From the sequence record SRR20825010_478: DNA of 46,796 nt. One strand, written 5' to 3'. Shown one piece after another: positions 19,865-30,034 of the stretch. How positions within the stretch are numbered: the stretch's first letter is position 1; each line of letters begins with the position of its first letter. Made by a program: the position numbers and the translations under genes. The notes below the pieces were generated by a model. It did no database searches. It saw only the letters and a program-made list of their open reading frames with translations, and was not told the DNA's origin.

Positions 19865-22800
19865 TCAGTTAGTTGTTAACAACGCCATCAATTCTCCCGA
19901 CGTTGGCGGGTCACACAACCGGAATTTGGTCAATCGACCATCTGAATCGTCGTACAAAATCATCGTTGCCGCCGAAAGATCTGCGGCGGCAGGCAAATCA
20001 ATCAACATGGATGAATCGCCAGCGTTGAGGGCACCCACCAAACGCAATTCCAGATCGTGATGACTTTGACGCGGCAACCATCGATTGAGTGTTTCAGCCG
20101 ATGGAAGGCTCACGATGATGAATACGTTGACCGCGGGACCCTCTCGCAAGATCGATTGAAAAGCGTCGCACCCGGAAACCTGGCTGGACGCATCCAGCGA
20201 GAAGTTCATCGATTCAGGCTGTCGCAAATCGCGGAAGCGGTCGAGCCCATCGAGAACAACCAGCACTGGAGTTTCGTCGTTGTCAGGCAACTCCGCGATT
20301 GGTGGTTCTTCCGTTTGATCGCTTTTCGCTGATACCAACGTGCCACCGGAATCCAAACTGAACGCGGCGGCTGTGGATGCTGCTTCGCGATCCTCGGGGG
20401 AGTTAGCGGGAGCTTTGCCAAGTCGCGAGTCCACCAACCGCGAGAGTTGGATCATCGCAGCTTCGGCATCTCGGGTCCGAATGATTTGTCCACCAAGTTG
20501 CGGGTTCTGCTGAATCCAGTGTGCCGTCGAATCGCCTTCTTCGACGCGCGAACCATCGAAATGGATCAGTGCCATCTTGGGGCGATGTGCCTTTGCCGAT
20601 GCGATGATGCTGCCCAGAACGCTGGGGCGATTCCGAGCCGAACCAACCAGGACCGCGTTGCGACCCGTGTTGGCTTGCAACCGCAGTGCGCAGGGCGGGC
20701 CAAGTTCGACCGCTTCGCCGAGCAAGCCAACTAATGTGTCGGAGCGTCCCGATTCCGCGATGACTTCACGAACCATCGCCGCCGTAAAGCGTCCGGGGCG
20801 GTTACCTTCGAAGACAACGGCCGCTCCCAGTTCTCGCGTCCAGGATTCATCACGCTCAGCAATCTGATTGAGCAGTCGGACTTGTTCGGCGCTTTCCAGG
20901 TAAGCGACTTGGAAGGGTTGATTCCCTTCGATCAAACCACTTTCATCGTTGTAGATTGCTTCACCAGGACGCGAGATCAAGCGAGCGGCGGTGTTGTCAT
21001 CGGCCAAGATCAACGCTGCATCCGCTTCACTGCACTGCATGGCGATGCGAACGGCCATTTGTCCCAGCGTTGCCCGTGGAAGGCTGTTCGCACCCGCCAG
21101 CGATTGACTGCTGAGGACAACGTGGATGCCAAACGAGCGGCCTTGACGAACGAGTCGATCGAGCAACGCGGTGCAGTCGGCCGCCAATGAATCGTCTCGG
21201 GTGAACAACTCTTGGAATTCATCAACGACCAGCATCAGCCGTGGCATCAATTTGTTCGGGCACGCCCGGCGGTATGATCCGACTTCTTGCACACCGGCGG
21301 CACGAAACAGTTCGCCTCGTGTGGTCATCTCGGCATCCAAACGTTGCAGCACGCTACGTCCAAATTCGCGTTCGCTCTCGATCCCGATCACTCGAGCGTG
21401 AGGCAATTTTGCGTCAGCGTAGATCTTGAATTCCACGCCCTTTTTAAAGTCCAGAAGATAGAACTGCAGTTCATCAGGTTCGTACATTGCGGCACCTGAT
21501 GTCACGATGCTGTGCAACAACGTGCTCTTGCCCGAACCGGTCTTTCCTGCAATCAAAACATGTTGGCGAACCCCTTCGCCTAAGTCCAATGAGCGATTGC
21601 GTCCTGCACCAGAACTGCCGATGATTACCTCCAAACCATCTGCGGAGCTGGACGTATTGGCCGCAACGGGAATTTGTTCGCCGGGAAGCAACGATGTCAG
21701 CGGCACAATGACCTGAGAAGCTTCCTGCGCGAGCCGACCGATTCGATTGATCAGCGCCGAGCGGTCTTGTGGCATCGGTGGCGGTGCTGGCCAGAATTCA
21801 AATTCGTCCAACCCTGCGTTGAGCAAACGCCAATGGCCCGCCGTGATGCCTTCGTCAAGCAAGCGAACTCGACGTTTGGACGTGATGGGAATGATGCCGT
21901 CTTCGTTGGCTTCCGGCTTTTCACCGGTCAGGGTCGATCGATCCAGACCGTCGAATGCCACCGACGGATCTTTTCGAGCAGCTTCTTCGCCCGAGTCCAC
22001 GCCGGCTTCGCCGTATTTCAACCGTAGCAGATTCGGATGGTCAAACATTGGCATGTCGCCAGGCCACTCATGTTTTTCATCAACGACCAGGATGACAAAG
22101 ACGCCACACCGAATGCCGCTGCGAATCAATGAGCCCAAATGCGAGTAGGCTTCGCGAGACAATCCGTCGGGAAAGCCGACCGCAGCGATGGCTTCATAGG
22201 GCTGCGCAAGCGAACCGGCGACTTGGTTGTAGTCTTCCAGACGTTCATATTGGTCACGAAGGCAAGACTGCAGCAGATTCTCAGCTTGGTGTCCGATGTC
22301 GGCGATTCGTGCGGTGATTTGGTCGCCCTGAGTCCAAACGCGGTGATGGATCAGGCTTGGGTCGTGGTCAGCCAACGCGAGAAAGCTGGAGAAATTCTGG
22401 CCGCGTCCGGCTGGGTCGATCAATGTCACACGAGCTTTGCCCGGTGGCGCCGCGCTAAGCAAACGCCAAAGAATCTGGTGAGCGATTTTGATGCCATCTT
22501 CGATGTGTGCCGTTGGTGCCTCGATGATCACGCCGGAATGCTGACGACGATGCATCGCGATTGGCATCGTGTCAGGGACCTGCAATCGATTGAGAATGTC
22601 GGCTTCGTCGTGCGCGTGACCATTGGTCCCCGCGCGATGCTTGGCGTTGTATCCCAACGCCGAATCAAATTGCTTCTTCAATCGATTGCCCAACCGGAGA
22701 GATCCAAGTGGTAGGAAATCAATGCCGGGATGTTGAGGCGGTGGATTGGATAGCAATTCGTCCCAGTGAGGATGTCGATATTCGACCAAATCATTCGCAG

Positions 22801-24103
22801 CTAGAATCCGTGTCATGCCCCGGTGCATGCCGGAATTCAAACGTTGCGACAACGATTCAAGCGTATGCTGGTGTTGTTGAACGACAGCCTGCAGAGTTTG
22901 GCCCGCCGCCGCATCGGATTGACTGAGCTTTTGAGCGATTGCGTCAGCGGTTTGCTCCGCTCGTTCACGCATGGTTTGCTGCAGTTCATTGAATCCCGAT
23001 TGAAACTGTTGCTCAATCCGTTGCAATTGTTCGTTGAGCCGAGCTTCTTCAGCTGCCTGTTTTGCCGCGAGATCTTCACGCAGAGACTTCAGTTGGCTTT
23101 CTTGCCACTGGCGAGCTTCTTTCACGTGAGCGTCGCGACGCTGGATGAGCTCTTGGCTGGCTTTCTTCGCCGCTGCAGTTGAAATTCGTTTGGCTTGAAC
23201 GACAGCATCCTGCGACGCCAGTCGGATACGTTCTGTGGTCGGATGCAAGGAACGCGTCATCCGTCGCAACGGCCACATCAAAATCAGATAGCAGGTGAAT
23301 CCGATTAATCCTGAGATGATGACCGAACCGATCAAGTAGTGAAGCAGCGGTTCCGCTTTCATCAAGATGGATGCACCAGCGAATAGCACCAAAAGTACCG
23401 CGACGAGAGTAGGCAGGTAGTAAACCGCATCGACAACGTGAGCGGCAAAACCAGTTTGCATCTCCGCAACGGTCGATTTCAAACGTCGGTTCTGTCGCCG
23501 TATGAGATCCAATGCATCTTCGACACTGGTCGGTTTCGATTCGCTGAATTCCGCATAGAGGTCGCGGGGTGTTTGAGTCTCCAGCAGACGGTTCAACCTG
23601 CGAATCGTCAAAGCTCGTGCCCACTCGATGTCCTCGTTGGATTCTGCGAGAGCGGTGTCGAGTTGGTGATGCTCCTTCGTCGCGACCTTCTTAGGTTGAT
23701 CCTTGCGAGCCTCGTACTGATTTTTGACCGCGATCAATCGCTTCTCGACTTTGCCGTTGATGACCGCTTCTTCTTCGGCCAATTGGCGTCGGAATCTCGC
23801 TGAACAGCGTCGCAATTCGTCGCGAGTATGCAAAGTCGCGGATTCGTAAGCGGCAATGGTCTCTTCTTGTGCGGCATCCCATTGCTTGAGAGTGCTGAGT
23901 CGGTCGGCTTTGCAGTTCTGTTTGACCGCAGCGAGTTGGTCAGCAAGTTTCTGTTCGATGTCCGCGTGTTGGTCACCTTGTTGGCGAACCAATCGGGAGT
24001 GTTCCTCTCGCGACGCCGCAACGCGTTGTATCAATCCATGAAGCAGACGGCGTTGGCGTTCCGGAGCAAACAGCAGCGCAGGCGAAACAGCAGAGTCTTT
24101 CAT
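19865..24103 (-). CDS. Membrane-anchored FtsK/SpoIIIE-domain ATPase, EssC/EccC (type VII secretion)-like architecture
   Basis: Coiled coil - 2 TM - coiled coil - RecA-like domains; HVLIAGKTGSGKS Walker A (21524-21547), LLDFKKGVEF, VVDEFQELF Walker B, RQGRSFGIHVVLSSQ. Confidence 0.85.
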   Translation of the reverse strand: MKDSAVSPALLFAPERQRRLLHGLIQRVAASREEHSRLVRQQGDQHADIEQKLADQLAAVKQNCKADRLSTLKQWDAAQEETIAAYESATLHTRDELRRCSARFRRQLAEEEAVINGKVEKRLIAVKNQYEARKDQPKKVATKEHHQLDTALAESNEDIEWARALTIRRLNRLLETQTPRDLYAEFSESKPTSVEDALDLIRRQNRRLKSTVAEMQTGFAAHVVDAVYYLPTLVAVLLVLFAGASILMKAEPLLHYLIGSVIISGLIGFTCYLILMWPLRRMTRSLHPTTERIRLASQDAVVQAKRISTAAAKKASQELIQRRDAHVKEARQWQESQLKSLREDLAAKQAAEEARLNEQLQRIEQQFQSGFNELQQTMRERAEQTADAIAQKLSQSDAAAGQTLQAVVQQHQHTLESLSQRLNSGMHRGMTRILAANDLVEYRHPHWDELLSNPPPQHPGIDFLPLGSLRLGNRLKKQFDSALGYNAKHRAGTNGHAHDEADILNRLQVPDTMPIAMHRRQHSGVIIEAPTAHIEDGIKIAHQILWRLLSAAPPGKARVTLIDPAGRGQNFSSFLALADHDPSLIHHRVWTQGDQITARIADIGHQAENLLQSCLRDQYERLEDYNQVAGSLAQPYEAIAAVGFPDGLSREAYSHLGSLIRSGIRCGVFVILVVDEKHEWPGDMPMFDHPNLLRLKYGEAGVDSGEEAARKDPSVAFDGLDRSTLTGEKPEANEDGIIPITSKRRVRLLDEGITAGHWRLLNAGLDEFEFWPAPPPMPQDRSALINRIGRLAQEASQVIVPLTSLLPGEQIPVAANTSSSADGLEVIIGSSGAGRNRSLDLGEGVRQHVLIAGKTGSGKSTLLHSIVTSGAAMYEPDELQFYLLDFKKGVEFKIYADAKLPHARVIGIESEREFGRSVLQRLDAEMTTRGELFRAAGVQEVGSYRRACPNKLMPRLMLVVDEFQELFTRDDSLAADCTALLDRLVRQGRSFGIHVVLSSQSLAGANSLPRATLGQMAVRIAMQCSEADAALILADDNTAARLISRPGEAIYNDESGLIEGNQPFQVAYLESAEQVRLLNQIAERDESWTRELGAAVVFEGNRPGRFTAAMVREVIAESGRSDTLVGLLGEAVELGPPCALRLQANTGRNAVLVGSARNRPSVLGSIIASAKAHRPKMALIHFDGSRVEEGDSTAHWIQQNPQLGGQIIRTRDAEAAMIQLSRLVDSRLGKAPANSPEDREAASTAAAFSLDSGGTLVSAKSDQTEEPPIAELPDNDETPVLVVLDGLDRFRDLRQPESMNFSLDASSQVSGCDAFQSILREGPAVNVFIIVSLPSAETLNRWLPRQSHHDLELRLVGALNAGDSSMLIDLPAAADLSAATMILYDDSDGRLTKFRLCDPPTSGELMALLTTN

Positions 24104-24319
24104 GGAGTCGATTTTAACCCAAGCTGGACTGCTGCGTGGTCACAAAGGTGCCGCCAACTTCAAAACAAAACGGTTGAAGATTGAGCGGTCAAAACGAGTG
24201 ACTTTGTATCACGAAAAGTTCCCGCCTGTTTCGATCGCTCATCCAATTCGCATTTCGATCGGCGGAATCGAGTTCGCAACTCAACAAGAAGCGGATGTAC
24301 CAAACAGCAAGCTGAACGA

Positions 24320-25393
24320 TCATTCTTTCGCTGGTGACTCATCGGGCTCGGTTTCCGGCTGGATGATCTTTCCGTTAGGAAGTGTGACGTCCACTCGTGT
24401 GCCAGTTGGCTTGCGGTTGGCGATGGATTCTGGATTGCTTGGTGGCTGGTCCGCGGCGGCGGACTTTGTGGAATCGGTCGGACCCGTCTCGGTTGCAACC
24501 GTCCAGTGTCCGTCTTGGATGTTAATGCGACCGCCCAGAGCATGCGTGATGTTGCGAACCAAATACAGTCCCAAGCCGGTGCCCTGCTTGCTTCTTTCCA
24601 GTTCACTTCCCAAACGCACAAAGCGACCGAAAACTTTCCTTCGTAAGTTGGCGGGGATGCCGGTTCCATTGTCGAGGACCGACACAGTCACATCGCCCGT
24701 AGGAGAACAAACCGCGGTCAACTCAACTTTGGGAGGCGAGCCACCGTACTTGATGGCGTTGTCGATCAAATTGCGAAATAAGATTTCAATTTGCACGACC
24801 GGGGCGTGAACGTAGATCGCGGGGCAGTGAACGCTGACGGTTTCCGGTGGCATTTTGTATCGCACGCAGGCGCCTTGGGCGCATTTGGATAGAACCGTTT
24901 CCAACGACAGATCGCTGGCTTCGTATGCCTCACCACCTCGTTCCACCCGAGCTGCATCCAGTAGGTGATTGATCAGACTGTCCAGTCGCTCGACGTCTTC
25001 CAACATGATGAGGTGGAACTCTTTCTGTTGTTCCACACTGACATCGTGCCGGGTCATCGTTTGCAAATACAACTTCAATGACGCGATCGGGCTTTTCAGT
25101 TCGTGCGTGACTGAATCGATAAAGTTTGATTGGCGACGATTGAGGTTGAATGCCTTGACCGATAGCGTCAGATAAGCGATCACGCCAGCCAAAACCGCGA
25201 CGAGCAGTGGCGCACCGGCGCCCAGCATCACCCAAAACATCCCCGACGTGGAATCGTTTCGAACAGCGCCCCAAACCGTTCCGCTGATCCAAACTGCGGT
25301 CAGCAGGACGACCAAAACGATCAGAACGACGCCCAGCGTAACGGGCGTTCGCAAAGTCAGCGGGCGGTGCGAGATGGGCGTGACGATGACCAT
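24320..25393 (-). CDS. Sensor histidine kinase (2 TM + HisKA + HATPase, no extracytoplasmic sensor domain)
   Basis: VTHELKSP H-box, NLIDNAIKY, DNGTGI, GTGLGL; ATG 25393 preferred. Confidence 0.92.
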   Translation of the reverse strand: MVIVTPISHRPLTLRTPVTLGVVLIVLVVLLTAVWISGTVWGAVRNDSTSGMFWVMLGAGAPLLVAVLAGVIAYLTLSVKAFNLNRRQSNFIDSVTHELKSPIASLKLYLQTMTRHDVSVEQQKEFHLIMLEDVERLDSLINHLLDAARVERGGEAYEASDLSLETVLSKCAQGACVRYKMPPETVSVHCPAIYVHAPVVQIEILFRNLIDNAIKYGGSPPKVELTAVCSPTGDVTVSVLDNGTGIPANLRRKVFGRFVRLGSELERSKQGTGLGLYLVRNITHALGGRINIQDGHWTVATETGPTDSTKSAAADQPPSNPESIANRKPTGTRVDVTLPNGKIIQPETEPDESPAKE

Positions 25394-25766
25394 GTCCTTT
25401 GCAGGTTGAAATGGAATCGAACCAGACACTTGGTTCTTGCAAATTAAATTTCCCAAATGGGCTTTTTCGAGTCGTCACCCCGGTCCGGTCGTGGCGCTCG
25501 GCAGGGACGCACGCAACTGGTATCTGAAAGGTGCTGGCTCCGGTCAGGGGCACCTAAATGAGAGCACAAATCAGGGGCGTGATGACGTCAACGTTAGCAA
25601 CAATGCGGCGTTCACCATAGCGTCAGAGAATTTCTGTTGTTCGTCACGAGGATTTGCCGGTCGAGATCTGCGAATGCCCGATGGCCGGCGGCGGATCCGT
25701 TGCCTGATTTGATCGCGACATGCTGTCACACCAATGGGTGGCAACGAAAACGCGCAAGCCAAAAAT

Positions 25767-25795
25767 GAGTCAAAACTTCCCCAAAAATTTGACTC
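25767..25795. promoter_or_regulatory. Candidate operator (8-bp inverted repeat) in the divergent kinase / ABC-operon region
   Basis: GAGTCAAA-N13-TTTGACTC in an AT-rich patch about 80 nt upstream of the 25877 start. Confidence 0.35.
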
Positions 25796-25876
25796 CGACC
25801 ATGACGGCGGTTGCCTAACCGGCAATAATGGACCATCGGAGACTAAGTGTCTTCATCATTGCCACGCGGAGTTAGG

Positions 25877-26326
25877 ATGATGCGTGCCGAAACGCAGCAA
25901 CGACAGTATTCCGAAAGAACGCTCCAGCAGGTCCGTTTGGACGGGGTCCGTGCGCTCTCGAAAGCGAAATTCTGTCCCAAAAACAGTGAGATCGTTCGCT
26001 TGTCTTGCGTCGATGATCGTGCCGAAACGGACAATCAGTTTGGCAATCAGCTCTGGTACTTCGAAGCCAAAGGCGTCGACGAAGGCCACCACCGGCAAGA
26101 CGTGTTCGGCGTGATCGAATATCAGATCCAGTTCGGATTGCAAGAATTGGTCGAAGATGGAGTGTTCGACACCCCACAAGAACGCGAAGGTTTTCGCAGT
26201 TTGTACGATCGCGAAGTGAGTGGTCCGTCCTGGCGTCACCCCGCCAATCGGCTATTGTTGGCTGCAATGATCGCCATGGCCGCTCTAACGTTGTTCCTGT
26301 TGACGCTGAAGAATCTTCTGGCGTGA
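25877..26326 (+). CDS. Hypothetical protein with a C-terminal TM helix
   Basis: ATG 25877 after GGAGTTAGG; stop overlaps the ABC ATPase start (GTGA). Confidence 0.75.
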   Translation: MMRAETQQRQYSERTLQQVRLDGVRALSKAKFCPKNSEIVRLSCVDDRAETDNQFGNQLWYFEAKGVDEGHHRQDVFGVIEYQIQFGLQELVEDGVFDTPQEREGFRSLYDREVSGPSWRHPANRLLLAAMIAMAALTLFLLTLKNLLA

Positions 26327-27399
26327 GTTCCACCATCGCAGAACCGACCGAGGATCTTCCAGCCTCCGGCGAAGTGCTGGAAACGTCGGGCACGATCATT
26401 TCCGTCAACGGTCTGCAAAAAGTCTATCGCGGCAGTTGGTTGCGATCTTCTCACGTTCACGCTCTTTCGGGCGTGACTCTCCAAGCTGATGCGGGTCAGG
26501 TATTTGGATTGTTGGGCCCCAATGGTGCTGGCAAAACGACCCTGATCAAAATTCTGCTCGGTGTCATTCGCTCTTCCGGAGGTTCAGCCAGCCTGTTTGG
26601 ATTGCCCGCCGGATCGGCTGCCGCTCGTCGACGAGTTGGTTACCTGCCTGAATCGTTGCGAGTTGATCGACACCACACCGCACGTTCGGCACTCAAATAC
26701 TATGGACGGTTGAGCGGTTTGGACGGCACGACGATCGGCAACCGCAGCGATGAATTGCTGAAGTTGGTTGGTCTGGATGGTCGTGATCGTGAGCCAGTGC
26801 GACGTTTCAGCAAAGGAATGTTGCAGCGTTTGGGTTTGGCGCAGGCCTTGATGCACGACCCTGATTTGTTGGTTCTGGACGAACCCACCGATGGATTGGA
26901 CCCGGTCGGACGATCGGAAGTCCGTCGAGTGATCGAACGACTTCGTGATTCAGGAAAAACAATCTTCCTGAACAGTCACATCCTGCACGAAGTCGAATTG
27001 GTCTGCACTCACTTGGCGATCATGGCAAAAGGCCGCGTGCTTGCATCCGGGCCGATCAACAACCTCAGCGGGCCCGGGTTGAAGGCGTCGACATCAGAGT
27101 TGACGATCCATATGGAGATCGATCTTGAACGGTCCAACCTGGACACGCTCCAGGAACAGCTTCAGCCGATGATGTCCACCGACGCAGCGTGGCAATTGGT
27201 GCGATCGCAAGGAACCAAAGATCTTTGGCGAGTGCAATTGAACTGTGACGATCAAGCGGACGTCGATGCAAGCGTCGATTTGGTGCGAGGTATGGGTGGA
27301 TCCATCGTGACGTTGCAGCCCCACCGACACACGTTAGAAGACACCTTTATGCGATTGGTGCAGCAAGCCGGTGCTCCCGTCCCCAACGCGACGTTGTGA
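26323..27399 (+). CDS. ABC transporter ATP-binding protein (ABC-2/CcmA-like)
   Basis: GPNGAGKTT, FSKGMLQR signature, LVLDEPTDGLD, NSH switch. Confidence 0.95.
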   Translation: MSSTIAEPTEDLPASGEVLETSGTIISVNGLQKVYRGSWLRSSHVHALSGVTLQADAGQVFGLLGPNGAGKTTLIKILLGVIRSSGGSASLFGLPAGSAAARRRVGYLPESLRVDRHHTARSALKYYGRLSGLDGTTIGNRSDELLKLVGLDGRDREPVRRFSKGMLQRLGLAQALMHDPDLLVLDEPTDGLDPVGRSEVRRVIERLRDSGKTIFLNSHILHEVELVCTHLAIMAKGRVLASGPINNLSGPGLKASTSELTIHMEIDLERSNLDTLQEQLQPMMSTDAAWQLVRSQGTKDLWRVQLNCDDQADVDASVDLVRGMGGSIVTLQPHRHTLEDTFMRLVQQAGAPVPNATL

Positions 27400-27472
27400 T
27401 GACGTTGGCCTCTTTGAGCGTCGCGGAAATGCTGACGCCATCTGTTTCGAAAATGATCCCGGGAGAGAAGCT

Positions 27473-30034
27473 TTGAATTGGCGACCTTATTTCGCCGTCG
27501 TTTGGGATTCGTTTCACGCTGCGATGGCTTCACGTGTGCTTTGGGCGGCGATGCTGGCCATTTGGATCTTGCTAGCGATGCTCGCTCCGATCGGCGTTCG
27601 CGAAGATTACACGACGACGTTTCGTTTTTTCGATGTCTACAACGGGACACGAATGAAGGCGATGCTCGCCCAGGGCATGGTCGATCCCAAACAAGAAGAC
27701 GCGCCGCTGGGCCGCATTGCCGAAGCAATGCCCGAAGAATTGTCGCGAAAGCTAAAGCGTGTCGGAGAAGGCGACGAGGTTCGCATTCCATTGCCGATGC
27801 TGACCGACGCTTTGAATGATTTGATAGATCAAGAATTGAAGCTCGCGAAGGGAACGGTTGACGAAGAAGCCGAATCAAAAGACGACTCGGAGGAAGCATC
27901 CGTATCGCGACATTGGTACGACGCGGAAGCATGGAAAGAAACGGTCCGTCTTCGCGAACTTCGTGAGCTCGACGAGATGCCCACCGAAGAACTATCGGAT
28001 TCCTTGATTCGGCGGCGTGCGCGATTGCGAATCGAGGCTGCTTTGCCGGGAGTCTTCGAGGCGAGAAGCGCGAGGTCGGTGTTGTTGACTTACGGCACGT
28101 TGGATTTTCCCACTGGGTTCGAGATCGATCGAACGCAATTTGAATCGCTCTTCAATCAGTTCGTGATCCCGACGTTGGTTCACTGGTTGCTCGGCTTTGT
28201 GCTGGTCTTCCTGGGCATTTTGGTTACCGCTTCCATTATCCCCGACATGTTGCAGACGGGGTCGTTGCATCTGCTGTTAAGCAAACCCGTTTCTCGTCCG
28301 GCCTTGCTGATCGCAAAGTTTGTGGGCGGGTGTGCATTCGTGTTTCTATGCGTGGCACAACTGGTCATTGGGCTGTATTTGATCGCGGGATTGCGTTTGG
28401 AAATTTGGAACCCGCGAATTTTGTGGTGCATCCCGGTCGCGGTCTTTCTCTTTGCGGTGTTCTTCAGTGTCTCCGTACCGGCTGGTTTGAAATGGCGATC
28501 GCCGATCATTTCGATTGCCGCCGCTGGCGCGTTGGCAGCAATCTGTTTGGTGTTCAGCATCATCTCAGGGGTTTTTGACACTCGAATTGTCCAGCCGGAT
28601 CGAATTGCTGGTTTAGTGCGAGCTGGCGAGGATCTGCTTTCAGTCACCAACGGCGGTGGGCTGAATCGGATGGATGAAGATCAATTGCAATGGGTGCCGG
28701 TGATCGAGAGCAAAGCGATGTCGAATGATCGCGTTCTACGGCCCGTCGCGATCGACGACGATCATGTTTTGACCGCCAGAATCCGCAATGGAAAGTTCAA
28801 TCCGTTTGGATCTGGATCACTCGACTTGATCGTGTTGGCTCGCGACAACGAATGGAAACCTCAGCCAGGTCTGCGTTTGCCGACGGCGACGGAACGGCTG
28901 ATTCCCATTGGTGTGACTGAAGATTCTGGATCCGGTCACACATTGGCGGTCAACACAGCGGATCTGTTGATCACTCACAACCGAGATATCTTGTCGTCAA
29001 TCGGCAAGAAGGTTGAAGACGAGGACAACGATACCGGTGAAGACGGCGACGAAAGTTCAGATGGCCGTTCGCCGCGTGGACAAAATTCCAATTCGATCGG
29101 CGCTTGGTTGAGTACGCTTGTGACGATGCAGGGTGGGGCAACCGAAGAGTTCGTTTCGATCTTGCCGCGGAACGTGGCTCTCAGTCCGCCGATACGATTG
29201 GCCGTTCCGCTGGCAGCCGAAGATGCGACGGAGGATATTTCTAGCGAGACAACACGTTTGCTGATTTTGAATGGAAGTCAATTGCAACAGTTGGAACCCG
29301 ATGGAGATCCCGTCGAAAACGTGTGGCAGCGAACCCAAGTCGCTGACTTAACCCGTTCGGATACACCGCTCCCTCCTGTTTTGGCAGCGTCGAGTCGATT
29401 TGTCATTGCCAGCACCGGCGACGAGTCCGCTCGAGTGTTTGAAGGAAACGAGCTGAACGAGTTCTATGTTGGCGATTGGCCGGAAGACATCGCACCGCTT
29501 TCGATCCACGCCGTTGCGGACGATCTGTTTTTCGTTGTTACGACGGAAGGCAGCGGACATTTGCTGCGGGTACTCGACCAAGATGACGCGTCGGAGCAAC
29601 GTTTGCAGATCACCGCGACGCTGCCAGTGGATGACATCGAGACCGCGATGGTTGAAGTCGCGCCAGATGCTATGACAGCTCAGTTGATCGTCGCACACGA
29701 TGTCGATCGAATCAGCGAATTTGAGGTCAGTCATCAATCGCAATCGGCAGACATATCGTTGATTCGCAGCGTTGAACCGGAACGATCGTTTTGGCGGCGA
29801 ATTGACCGATACGGAATTGGTTTGCTGGAATTGTTGACGCCTCAGGTCTTGGCACTTGGTGATACGACCGCCGGGATGGTTTCAGGCAAGAAAGCATTCA
29901 TCATCGGCGGTGGTGACATGGAAACCGGCGAAGTGGTTCGATACGGAATCGCCACGCCTATCATCAGTTGCGGTGTGTTTATCATCGCCATGATGTTGCT
30001 AGGTTGCATCTACTTCGCACGCAGCGACTTTTAA
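27473..30034 (+). CDS. ABC-2 type permease with large extracytoplasmic domains
   Basis: TTG 27473 (MNWRPYF...); TM cluster with LLLSKPVSR..LLIAKF (ABC2_membrane-like); long soluble region; terminal TM + FARSDF. Confidence 0.85.
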   Translation: MNWRPYFAVVWDSFHAAMASRVLWAAMLAIWILLAMLAPIGVREDYTTTFRFFDVYNGTRMKAMLAQGMVDPKQEDAPLGRIAEAMPEELSRKLKRVGEGDEVRIPLPMLTDALNDLIDQELKLAKGTVDEEAESKDDSEEASVSRHWYDAEAWKETVRLRELRELDEMPTEELSDSLIRRRARLRIEAALPGVFEARSARSVLLTYGTLDFPTGFEIDRTQFESLFNQFVIPTLVHWLLGFVLVFLGILVTASIIPDMLQTGSLHLLLSKPVSRPALLIAKFVGGCAFVFLCVAQLVIGLYLIAGLRLEIWNPRILWCIPVAVFLFAVFFSVSVPAGLKWRSPIISIAAAGALAAICLVFSIISGVFDTRIVQPDRIAGLVRAGEDLLSVTNGGGLNRMDEDQLQWVPVIESKAMSNDRVLRPVAIDDDHVLTARIRNGKFNPFGSGSLDLIVLARDNEWKPQPGLRLPTATERLIPIGVTEDSGSGHTLAVNTADLLITHNRDILSSIGKKVEDEDNDTGEDGDESSDGRSPRGQNSNSIGAWLSTLVTMQGGATEEFVSILPRNVALSPPIRLAVPLAAEDATEDISSETTRLLILNGSQLQQLEPDGDPVENVWQRTQVADLTRSDTPLPPVLAASSRFVIASTGDESARVFEGNELNEFYVGDWPEDIAPLSIHAVADDLFFVVTTEGSGHLLRVLDQDDASEQRLQITATLPVDDIETAMVEVAPDAMTAQLIVAHDVDRISEFEVSHQSQSADISLIRSVEPERSFWRRIDRYGIGLLELLTPQVLALGDTTAGMVSGKKAFIIGGGDMETGEVVRYGIATPIISCGVFIIAMMLLGCIYFARSDF

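Noticed and set aside
19865-24103. Calling this gene cell-division ftsK
   Set aside because: Lacks the FtsK 4-TM N-terminus and gamma domain; has tandem EssC-like domains
24102-24809. 235-aa plus-strand ORF
   Set aside because: Mostly antisense to the histidine kinase HATPase domain
25394-25876. Short ORFs and an 8-bp direct repeat TCAGGGGC (25544, 25571)
   Set aside because: No coding signal; the repeat is too short to separate from chance
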